A stretch of DNA of 64,000 nucleotides. Source: Promethearchaeota archaeon. GTDB taxonomy: Archaea; Asgardarchaeota; Lokiarchaeia; Sigyniarchaeales; SOKP01. How positions within the stretch are numbered: the stretch's first letter is position 1; the number at the start of each line of letters is the position of its first letter. Position numbers and translations under genes: made by a program. The notes under the pieces are model-generated. The model saw only the letters and a program-made list of their open reading frames with translations, ran no database searches and was not told the DNA's origin. The stretch is taken from assembly GCA_016926735.1 (NCBI GenBank), contig JAFGOA010000036.1, positions 1-64,000 on the forward strand. The letters run 5' to 3'. Shown in pieces: positions 30,464-39,258 of the stretch.

Positions 30464-31753
30464 TTATGGTGTTTTAATAATAGGAGATTTTTCTTTTTCC
30501 CAGTTAACAGCAAATAATATATCTCTACTTGGTGTATTTCGATATATTATTGGATAACCACTTTTTTTTTCAAATTCCTTAGCAATAGTATTTAGAAAAT
30601 TAAAATCAGGAAAGTAATCTTGAATAGATCTATTATCTTTTACTCGATTTTCAATTTCCAATGCTTTTGCTTGTAATGTAAATCCTTTTATCTCAAAGAA
30701 GTTAGGATTTGCTTTTTCAATTATTTTTATATAATCATCTATATACTCTTTTTTTAGATTTAAATCCTTTATTGCTGTAAGCCTTATCAACGTTCTTGTA
30801 GAGAGAGAGTGTAAAAGTTCAAAAGATTCTTGAATTTTATTCCATCCATTTTTAATCATAGGTCTACATATTTTCTTATATAATTCTTCATTTGGCGCTG
30901 GAAGAGTAATGTACAATTGAGAGGGGAGTACATCCATGTTGGATATAGTCGTTGGTAATGTACCATTAGTTACTATAAAAGTAGTCATTTTTCTCTTTTT
31001 AAATTCCTCTACAAGTTCAGATATTCGTGGAAAAAGTAGAGGTTCTCCATCAAGAGATATTGCTGCATGATTTGGATATAAAGCTTCATTATGGACACTT
31101 ATAATCTCATCTGGAGTAGTAATTAAACGATTTACTAAAAGTTCAATCTCCTCTTTTGAATTTAGGGAACTTTTAACTTCATCATCAAGCTTGAAAAGGT
31201 TTAAAGAATTATCAGAAGAGGTTATAAATCCTTGATTTTTCAAAAGATTAAGAGCTCGTTCAATCTTATTTTTACTAACATGAATATTTTCGCTTAGGGA
31301 CTCAATATTATGATATCCTTTATCAATAAACATGAAATAAAGAATATCATTCATAATCTCATAATTATCAATATATCTTCTTAAAGGTAAATGATTTTGA
31401 ATTATATCCTGCTGATGTTTTACCATAGTATCAATAAGATCTTTTGGATCGTCAGGTTCAACAATAAATTTATCGCCTAATGATCCTTGTTCTATATCTC
31501 GCCAACAAAAAACGCATTGGTGATTACAGAATGGTAAAGAAGGTGTGTTTTGTAGACATCTATGACTTTCTATACCAAATATTCCTTTATAACAATTTCT
31601 ATTACTTCTACCCGTCATTAATTTTTGTTCCAACCAATGACATGGTTTTATTGCCGTATGTTTATGATCTCCTATGATTCTATATGTAGTTTTAGTGTAT
31701 GTTTCAATAAACTCATTTGTAATTCTGTTATCTTTAATAAATCTATTGGTCAT
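30464..31753 (-). CDS. taw1: tRNA 4-demethylwyosine synthase (TYW1/Taw1 radical SAM) with internal insertion
   Basis: HTAIKPCHW, CYK..FGIESHRC.Q.TP, CNHQCVFCWR, HAAISLDGEP, TFIVTNGT. Confidence 0.92.
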   Translation of the reverse strand: MTNRFIKDNRITNEFIETYTKTTYRIIGDHKHTAIKPCHWLEQKLMTGRSNRNCYKGIFGIESHRCLQNTPSLPFCNHQCVFCWRDIEQGSLGDKFIVEPDDPKDLIDTMVKHQQDIIQNHLPLRRYIDNYEIMNDILYFMFIDKGYHNIESLSENIHVSKNKIERALNLLKNQGFITSSDNSLNLFKLDDEVKSSLNSKEEIELLVNRLITTPDEIISVHNEALYPNHAAISLDGEPLLFPRISELVEEFKKRKMTTFIVTNGTLPTTISNMDVLPSQLYITLPAPNEELYKKICRPMIKNGWNKIQESFELLHSLSTRTLIRLTAIKDLNLKKEYIDDYIKIIEKANPNFFEIKGFTLQAKALEIENRVKDNRSIQDYFPDFNFLNTIAKEFEKKSGYPIIYRNTPSRDILFAVNWEKEKSPIIKTP

Positions 31754-31899
31754 TTGGGTAAAACACGATTTAATTTATTTTTATGCTTGAATATAATAAA
31801 TATAAAAAAGCTTAAGACATAAATTAAATTATTTCTTAAGAAATATAAGTCTCTCAATAATTAGATTAGGACTTATAAAATATAATTGGAATTATCATT

Positions 31900-32772
31900 A
31901 TGAAAAATCTTATAAAAAGTGAATTGTTAAACTTAGGACTAAAATTTATTACTGTAGATGAAAAAATAATCAAAATCTTTTTAGGAACTATCCCTTCAAA
32001 TATTAACGAAATTGTAATCCTTCCAACAATAAAATATATGATGAAAAGAATTGTAAACAGTTTAGTTAATATGAGTAAAAAAGGACGCGTTTACAATGGA
32101 ATACTTAATAACGTACGAGTTAGTGTTATTAGATGTGAAGTTGGTTGCCCAAATATGGCAATTTTATTAGAGTGTTTAAAAAGAACAAAAGCAAAAAAAA
32201 TAATTAGAATTGATATTTGTGGAGGAATAAATGATTTAGAAAATAATATTGATATAGGAGATATAATTATTCCTAATCTGGCATATTGTGGTGATGGTAC
32301 AACAAATCAATATATTTTAACTCATCCAGATTTAATAAATCAGCTAGAATCAATTGAAAATCCTATCGGACAATTCCAAAATATAGTAGCAGGGGCTCAA
32401 AAAATATATATATCGAAACCAAATGATAAATTGAATAATATAATCTTTAATCATGGTTTAACTAATATTAAAAAGCAAACAAAAAAAGTTGATTTATGGA
32501 CTACTGATGCACTATTTTGTGAAACATATGAATTTCTGAATGCTATAAGATCTAAAAAAATAGAAGCAATAGATATGGAATCTTCAATATTATTTTTATT
32601 GGGAAATAAATTTAACCTACATACAACATCTATATTGTCAATTTCTGATTTACCTGGAACAAAATATGATCTGCTTAACTCAAATGAAATTCATTCAAAT
32701 TTGGAAAATGGTATGAATAATGCAATAAACATTTTAATTAATTGTCTACCAATGATAGAAGAAATGAATTAA
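31900..32772 (+). CDS. Purine/uridine nucleoside phosphorylase family protein
   Basis: VG.P, IIRIDICGG, IGDIIIP, GDGTT, WTTDALFCET, AIDMESS, SISD. Confidence 0.82.
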   Translation: MKNLIKSELLNLGLKFITVDEKIIKIFLGTIPSNINEIVILPTIKYMMKRIVNSLVNMSKKGRVYNGILNNVRVSVIRCEVGCPNMAILLECLKRTKAKKIIRIDICGGINDLENNIDIGDIIIPNLAYCGDGTTNQYILTHPDLINQLESIENPIGQFQNIVAGAQKIYISKPNDKLNNIIFNHGLTNIKKQTKKVDLWTTDALFCETYEFLNAIRSKKIEAIDMESSILFLLGNKFNLHTTSILSISDLPGTKYDLLNSNEIHSNLENGMNNAINILINCLPMIEEMN

Positions 32773-32781
32773 TTTAAGGAA

Positions 32782-33906
32782 TCACTCAAAGAAATAAATT
32801 TTCGCTATAGAATCTGCTCGTCCAAACATGGAAATGTCTCCCATAAAATTTTTTAATTCATCAGAAAATTCTTTTTCAAAATCATTAGCAAAATAATTAT
32901 GAGCCATTTCAGATGCTTGAGTAGTATAATCTACTATTAATGCACATAGAAAATAATCTTTTTTAATTATTTTTAATTCACGTCCTTCTAAGATAATTGA
33001 TTCTATATTACCTGAAGTTTTAGTTGCTTCTTTTAATAAGGAAGAAATAGCAGAAAATGCACCTGTTAAAAGCTCAGAATCACGATCTTTAAGCTCTTTT
33101 CCAAATATTTTGGAATAAAGCTGTATCCCCGTCTCAGAATAAACAAGAAGTATATGAATTCTCTGACGTTGTAATAGCCATGGTTTCTTACTTGCTTGAA
33201 AAAATGTAAATCCTATTAGTATCATTCCTATATTCTGAAAAAAGAAACGAGGTATATGCAAGTATCCTATAGTTGTGTTATCGAGATCAGAAAATAATGT
33301 CACTAAATAAGGTATAATCGGTAAAAAGATTGTTAGAAATATTCCTAAAGATAATAATGCTATCAGATGCTTTTGAGTTCTTGACCAAGCTGTTTTTCTA
33401 CTTTTATAAAGCATTAAAAATAGAATAATAAAACTAGATAAAGAAAATAATGATTCTAAAAGACCTAATATACTATGCTCAGAAAGGTCAACTGAATAAA
33501 TACCTTCTTTATAGGAGACAATTAATTGTGGGGTAGATATTAATCCACCAATAATTAAAAAGGCAAATATTGTAAGGAAAACTTGTGTTTTTGAAAATTG
33601 AACATCTTTTTCAAATATTTCAAGAAGAATAATTATTGAATATAGTACTAATATTTCCGAAATTGATGTTATGATAAAAAGGATTTTTGTTATTTCCAAA
33701 TTATCTAAGAAAAAGTAAGAGATCAGAGATGTGCTTGTATTTAGTAAATAATTAAAAAAAAAAATACTCAAATATCCAAACATTTTATATTTTGAGCTTA
33801 AATATTTCCTTAAAAAAAAAAAACTGAAATACACTGCAATAAACAGGATTATTATTGAACCAATTCCATATATCAGATTATTAACTAATTGTGCTTGATA
33901 TAACAT
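32782..33906 (-). CDS. 7TM membrane protein with C-terminal longin-like domain
   Basis: Seven hydrophobic segments in aa 10-240; C-terminus LLVYSETGIQLYS..SELLTGAFSAISSLL..F.KEF..F.GDIS.F aligns with ORF 25230. Confidence 0.72.
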   Translation of the reverse strand: MLYQAQLVNNLIYGIGSIIILFIAVYFSFFFLRKYLSSKYKMFGYLSIFFFNYLLNTSTSLISYFFLDNLEITKILFIITSISEILVLYSIIILLEIFEKDVQFSKTQVFLTIFAFLIIGGLISTPQLIVSYKEGIYSVDLSEHSILGLLESLFSLSSFIILFLMLYKSRKTAWSRTQKHLIALLSLGIFLTIFLPIIPYLVTLFSDLDNTTIGYLHIPRFFFQNIGMILIGFTFFQASKKPWLLQRQRIHILLVYSETGIQLYSKIFGKELKDRDSELLTGAFSAISSLLKEATKTSGNIESIILEGRELKIIKKDYFLCALIVDYTTQASEMAHNYFANDFEKEFSDELKNFMGDISMFGRADSIAKIYFFE

Positions 33907-33979
33907 TTTTATATTGAATATTTTTTTATGTATTTAAATAGACTCTTAATTTTTTAAATATAACTATTTATGGAAATTG

Positions 33980-34870
33980 TTACAATCCTTTTAATAATTC
34001 TGAGAAGTTGGGTTCTTTGAAGTAATTGTTATATTTTTTTAATAATTCTATATTAACCAAGTGGATTTTCTTTCCAGTATTATTTTTTGCTGATTTTATA
34101 AGGTCTAATTCTTTCATTTTTTTTATATGATATTGAATAGTTCCAGGATATACATCCAATTTAGTAGCAATATCCGAAATTGCTATTGTATCATCTTTAA
34201 AGAACTCTTCAATAATTTTTGGAATTAAATCATTTATAAAAACTACTTTATATTTATCAAAATCATTTGGAATATCTTTTAAAAAATAATGTAGCGTTTT
34301 TCCAATTTTTTCTGATCTTATTAATCCAAAATTTTCCAAGGTCATTACATGTTTAAGAAAAGGAGTTCTAGTTATCTTTAAAAGCTCCTCGATTTTTTCA
34401 TCTCTAGCATGAATTCCTGGATTATCACGAATAAAATCCAAAATTGTGACTAATTTATCATTTTGGAGAATTTCTAATTTAGTTCTTCTTTCATTGGTAA
34501 CAATCCAATTTTTTTCTTCTAAACTTCTAATTGATAGAAAAATATCTTCTTTACTATATCCTTTTTTATATGATAATTTTGCTATGCAAGTGGCATAGAG
34601 TTTTTCTATAATTGGGAATTTTTGTATTTGAGTTTCCGATTCAACTTCAAATTCCGTATCGTATCGTTTTAATTTGAGAATTTCTTCGGCTATTATTAAA
34701 ATATCTTTCTCAGCTTCAGATAATTCATCAATTAATTGTTCTGTCTTTTTTAAGGAAATTGATTCTTTTTTGATTTCTAAAGGTGTGAAATCATCTTGTC
34801 TAAATGAGCTATCTTCAAGAGTTGTTACTTTTTTTTTTTCTTTCGAGTCTCTTTTTTTCTCTAATGACAT
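33980..34870 (-). CDS. Multi-winged-helix transcriptional regulator
   Basis: ILDFIRDNPGIH..HVMTLENFGLIRSEKIGKTLHYF, then ISDIATKLDVYPGTIQYHIKKMKELDLI. Confidence 0.8.
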   Translation of the reverse strand: MSLEKKRDSKEKKKVTTLEDSSFRQDDFTPLEIKKESISLKKTEQLIDELSEAEKDILIIAEEILKLKRYDTEFEVESETQIQKFPIIEKLYATCIAKLSYKKGYSKEDIFLSIRSLEEKNWIVTNERRTKLEILQNDKLVTILDFIRDNPGIHARDEKIEELLKITRTPFLKHVMTLENFGLIRSEKIGKTLHYFLKDIPNDFDKYKVVFINDLIPKIIEEFFKDDTIAISDIATKLDVYPGTIQYHIKKMKELDLIKSAKNNTGKKIHLVNIELLKKYNNYFKEPNFSELLKGL

Positions 34871-34885
34871 GATAATTTCTTTTTT

Positions 34886-36589
34886 CTAAGCATGTTTTTC
34901 TAAAAACTCAACAAATTGATATTGTTCTTCAGAGTCCATATATTTTAATTGTTCTATAATTTTTTTATACTGTTCAGGTTTCACATTTGGAAGTTTTCTA
35001 ATTTTTTCTACTAAGATACGAGGAATTTTTTCTTGATAAAGGTTTATTATAGCATCAATATATTTAACTTGTTGCTCTTTTGTTAAGAAAGCTAATTCTT
35101 TTAATAATTCTTCTTTTTCATTTTTTGGGATATTTAATTTCTTTATTTTTTCCCTTATATCATTTGAAAGAAGATTAAAAATTTTGGAGAAATATTCTTT
35201 GACTAATTTTTGATCTTTTTCATTTTTCACTGGTAGAATTGATTCATGTAATTTAAGTTCAATATCCTCTTCCTTCTGTTTTAAAAATTCTTTTTCTTCC
35301 TTTTCAGATACTATTTCTTCAGATTTTTTCAATTCTTTTATCTGTTTTTCTTTTATATCAGGTACCCTTAACGTAGATTCTTCCTTTATTTTTACAATTT
35401 CCCTTTGAATATCTTCTTTTTTTGATTCAATTGGTTTTTCTTTAATTTGTGTTATTTTATAAGGATTAATTATTGGAATAGAAGTTTGATCCTTTTTTAT
35501 AATTTCTTGCTCTTTCTTTTCTCCTTGAGCTAATATCGAAGGTTCCAAATTAGTTGGTAATTTTTCTTCCTTATAATCTGTAGGTTTAATTATAATAAGG
35601 ATATACATTGTTATTGCTTTTAATAAAATAAATATACCAACAGAAAAGAAACACGTGGCAATTATACCGAAAATAAATGTTCTTAATGCAACTACTCCGT
35701 CACAAGTTTGAATCTTTTGTATACTATCTCGATAAGCATAGTCTATAATTAAAAATATAGTAGCAAGAACAAAAAGTCCAATACCTATAACAATAAATAT
35801 ATTGTTAATAATTACATTCTTTAATTGTTCGATATCTATATCTTTAATATTATTTATAAAATCCTCTATAAAGGCTTGAATTTGTAAATATGTTCCCTCA
35901 TTGAAAAAAGTATAACCAATGTATAAAAATAGTATAAATCCTATCAAGGAAGAAAATTGATTGAATGAATTTTTTATGTATAAAAAAATTCTATATGTCC
36001 CTTTTTTATTTCTTTCACGAGTAAGGATAATATAAAAGAATATTAATATTCCTTTTAGTGTTATGAAAAATCCAGCACCATAAACAAAAGATCCTAATAT
36101 ACCTATCCAGAAACTATGAACAATGACACTCCCTAAATCTCCTTCTTTTATTTTCTTTTTTATTATGATTTTATCATATAATGCGATTAATATTCCAAAA
36201 ATCCCTAATAATGATTGTCTAATAAGATAAATATACCAAGGAATTATTGGATTAAAAAAATATTCTAAACTTAAAGCTATTGAAAAAATCGATACAACTA
36301 GAAGGGGAATATATGAAAAATCATTTAATCTTTGAATAGCATTATATAAGGATGGATATGATTTTGTCTTTTTATGTGAATATGTATACTTTTTTTGATT
36401 TTCCCATTTTTGCCATCTTTCTGTCTTTTTTTCAGGTTTGAACTTTCTCTCAGTAAAGTTAATTCCTGATATATTGAAAGGAGTCCCACATTTTTCACAA
36501 AATACTCTTACATTATTTTCAATTAATCCTGATAATTGACTGGGAAAATGATATCCACATTCATTACATATATATATTTTTTTAGACAT
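34886..36589 (-). CDS. Membrane protein with N-terminal zinc ribbon, duplicated TM module and C-terminal helical repeats
   Basis: CNECG...CEKCG; about 8 TM; charged tail. Start chosen at ATG 36589. Confidence 0.7.
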   Translation of the reverse strand: MSKKIYICNECGYHFPSQLSGLIENNVRVFCEKCGTPFNISGINFTERKFKPEKKTERWQKWENQKKYTYSHKKTKSYPSLYNAIQRLNDFSYIPLLVVSIFSIALSLEYFFNPIIPWYIYLIRQSLLGIFGILIALYDKIIIKKKIKEGDLGSVIVHSFWIGILGSFVYGAGFFITLKGILIFFYIILTRERNKKGTYRIFLYIKNSFNQFSSLIGFILFLYIGYTFFNEGTYLQIQAFIEDFINNIKDIDIEQLKNVIINNIFIVIGIGLFVLATIFLIIDYAYRDSIQKIQTCDGVVALRTFIFGIIATCFFSVGIFILLKAITMYILIIIKPTDYKEEKLPTNLEPSILAQGEKKEQEIIKKDQTSIPIINPYKITQIKEKPIESKKEDIQREIVKIKEESTLRVPDIKEKQIKELKKSEEIVSEKEEKEFLKQKEEDIELKLHESILPVKNEKDQKLVKEYFSKIFNLLSNDIREKIKKLNIPKNEKEELLKELAFLTKEQQVKYIDAIINLYQEKIPRILVEKIRKLPNVKPEQYKKIIEQLKYMDSEEQYQFVEFLEKHA

Positions 36590-36819
36590 ATCCTTTACAC
36601 TAATAATATGTATTTTATTTTTTAAAATATTTTTTTTTTCACACAAACTCAATTCTATTTAAATTTCTTTGAAATAATTTCTATACCATTATATATACTT
36701 AAGTATATAACTAATGTATTTATACCTTTTTTCTGTATAAACTATTTTTATCCTATAAAATAAAAAAAACTTTTAAAATTTAAAAAAATTGGAGTCCAAT
36801 TATTACTAATACAGAATTA

Positions 36820-37320
36820 TTAAATTAATTCTAACCATTTTAGTGATTTGACAGTGTTGTGTAATTGATGATCATCCTCAACCATATAAAACATTAGGTT
36901 ATTAAAAATCAAGTAAGCTTTATTTTTATTATCTTCAATAGGGATTACTTTATCATTTCTCCCATGATATATTTTTACTGGAATCTCGATAGGGTTAATA
37001 TTTTTTGGGAGTAATTCCTCTCTCAGTAAAAAAGGCGCTAATAAAATTAATTTTTCAATTTTTTCAGGATTTTGAATAGCATATAGCGTTGCCATTAGTC
37101 CACCAAAAGAAGAAGCAATTATTATCCATTTTTCTTTTTTATTTAAAATTTGATTTAATTGTTCCATTCTTTTATTCAATAGTGTTTTCATAGGTATTCT
37201 TTCATGATATTTTTCAAAATCTGGAGTTAAACAATTCGGAAAAACGCTTTTAAAGTATTCACCTTTAAAACCTTGTCCAGAGCTTATCAAACCATGGATA
37301 AAAATAAGATTATCAGTCAA
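36820..37320 (-). CDS. Alpha/beta hydrolase (YqiA-like esterase)
   Basis: FIHGL.SS, ASSFGG nucleophile elbow, LILLAP, HGRNDKVI, DDHQL; probable TTG start at 37320 overlapping the upstream stop. Confidence 0.85.
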   Translation of the reverse strand: MTDNLIFIHGLISSGQGFKGEYFKSVFPNCLTPDFEKYHERIPMKTLLNKRMEQLNQILNKKEKWIIIASSFGGLMATLYAIQNPEKIEKLILLAPFLLREELLPKNINPIEIPVKIYHGRNDKVIPIEDNKNKAYLIFNNLMFYMVEDDHQLHNTVKSLKWLELI

Positions 37321-38401
37321 GAAAAATCTCCTCTCCATCATACAGATTATCATCATCAGTTTCCATACGTTTCAATTCTAATTTATATCCAATATACATC
37401 AGTAAACCTACTATTGATAAATAAAAAATCACTAAAAAAATAATAATTGGAGAATAACTTCCACCAAAAGAGATAGCATAGAGAGATATACCAATAATAA
37501 AACCTGTTATTAGCCTTGATTTTGTATTACTTTCTCTAATAAAAAGCCTTTGTATGCCCCAATCGATAATACAAGGAATAGGAAAGATAATACAAATTAT
37601 GAGAGCACTTTCAGGAGTTAAAATAAAACCAGTAGTTCTAAATAGAATGTACATTGTGAAAAATGTAAATAACGCTCCTAATAATGTACCCGAGCATCGT
37701 GAACAAAAATAAATATATGTTTTCCCAAATTTAAGATAAAAAGTATGGTCACATGCATATTCTGGATGATGTGTTAAAGTCATATTATAAAAATGATATT
37801 CCTTCTCTGCTAAAATATAATCATACATAAAAATTAAAAAAGGAATTATTAATGGTATTGATATAATAAATTGAATCAGAAATTTTAATCCATAATTATA
37901 TATAATATCCTCTAATATATTAGTTGGTTCTACAATAATTTGAAAAATTATAATAGATAAGAAAATAATAATTGAAAATGTTATTGATAATATAGAATTA
38001 TACAGTAAATTTAGCTTTTTTTTATATTTCAAAGGGTTATATTTATATAATCCTATAAAAAATCCAATTAAAGCAACAATTAAACACCATTGTATTTGTA
38101 AATCATTATAATAAATAATTTGATATAATAATTCTCCGAAAAATCCAGCTATAGCACTTCGAAAGGACCCTGCTAAATTTGATAAAAAAATAAAAGATAA
38201 TAATGTAAAACCAAATTGAAATGTTGAAAATTTATTTATTATATAATAAGAGGAGATTGATCCAACTGATTCAGAAAAATAGAAATAGATAATGATTATA
38301 AAAAATATTATAAAAAGATTCAAGAAAATTTTTTTTATTGTAGTATTCTCTTCTCTTTTATTTTGTTCTGATTGAGAATAACAAATATCTTCATTGTTCA
38401 T
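37313..38401 (-). CDS. ECF S-component-like domain fused to DUF2085-like membrane domain
   Basis: LAGS..SAIAGFFGELL...W....ALIGFFIG; then THH...FCSRCSG..LG, DW..Q...RESN...RLITG. Confidence 0.62.
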   Translation of the reverse strand: MNNEDICYSQSEQNKREENTTIKKIFLNLFIIFFIIIIYFYFSESVGSISSYYIINKFSTFQFGFTLLSFIFLSNLAGSFRSAIAGFFGELLYQIIYYNDLQIQWCLIVALIGFFIGLYKYNPLKYKKKLNLLYNSILSITFSIIIFLSIIIFQIIVEPTNILEDIIYNYGLKFLIQFIISIPLIIPFLIFMYDYILAEKEYHFYNMTLTHHPEYACDHTFYLKFGKTYIYFCSRCSGTLLGALFTFFTMYILFRTTGFILTPESALIICIIFPIPCIIDWGIQRLFIRESNTKSRLITGFIIGISLYAISFGGSYSPIIIFLVIFYLSIVGLLMYIGYKLELKRMETDDDNLYDGEEIFLD

Positions 38402-38444
38402 TATAATGCCTTTTTAATGATATTTAATATATCAAGGATGTTCC

Positions 38445-39110
38445 TTAAGTATAGATTATATCTAAATATTCTAATAATTCCTTTTTAGTATATTCAAATC
38501 CCTTTCTTAATAATCTAAGAATAATTTTTTTTCCTATTGGTACTTTAAGAAGGTTTGGATTGTTTTCAACAAGTGTTATTGCTTCATCATTATAATCTAT
38601 ATTTTTAATTAATGCGTCATACGCTTCTTTCTTAGTTTTAAAGACTACTCTTGTTAATTCATCATAGTTGTTAACATCTTCTTTGGTCTGTATCATTTTT
38701 ATAACATCATTTACCTGGATGATAAATAATTTCTTATTTATTTCCAGAAGCGTCTTAAATTTCTTATTTTTTTTATCACAATGAATATATGTCTGATCTC
38801 CTTCTAAATATTCTTGAAAATTATCTTCAATCACAATATTGAATTTATCTTCATTTGCTCCATTTTGAACGAGTAGTTTACCACAATTTAATGTTATATT
38901 TATTTGTTTTAATGTTCCTACTTTAGCATTTTTATTACTCCATGACTCATAAAATGTTTTAATTAGTGGTTTGATAACAGGATTTAATAATCCTGCTTTT
39001 AATTCTGTATCTATTAATTTTTTGCCATAATCAAGGGCGTTATTCATTCTCTGAATCATTTCATCTTTTAATATATTGTAATTCCGTTCTAAATGGTTCA
39101 ATTTAAGCAT
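38445..39110 (-). CDS. Helical hypothetical protein
   Basis: 221-aa ORF co-oriented in the minus-strand run; no motif recognised. Confidence 0.7.
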   Translation of the reverse strand: MLKLNHLERNYNILKDEMIQRMNNALDYGKKLIDTELKAGLLNPVIKPLIKTFYESWSNKNAKVGTLKQINITLNCGKLLVQNGANEDKFNIVIEDNFQEYLEGDQTYIHCDKKNKKFKTLLEINKKLFIIQVNDVIKMIQTKEDVNNYDELTRVVFKTKKEAYDALIKNIDYNDEAITLVENNPNLLKVPIGKKIILRLLRKGFEYTKKELLEYLDIIYT

Positions 39111-39258
39111 TCCCCAATTTTTTTGATCTAGTAATATTAAAATTAAGAATAATTTTATATTAAATTATTTAATAGTAATGTTGTTCTATTATATTATTGA
39201 ATTTATGATAAGAAAATAACTTTTGTAATTTTATATTTTTTAATTGAGTTGTCTAACT

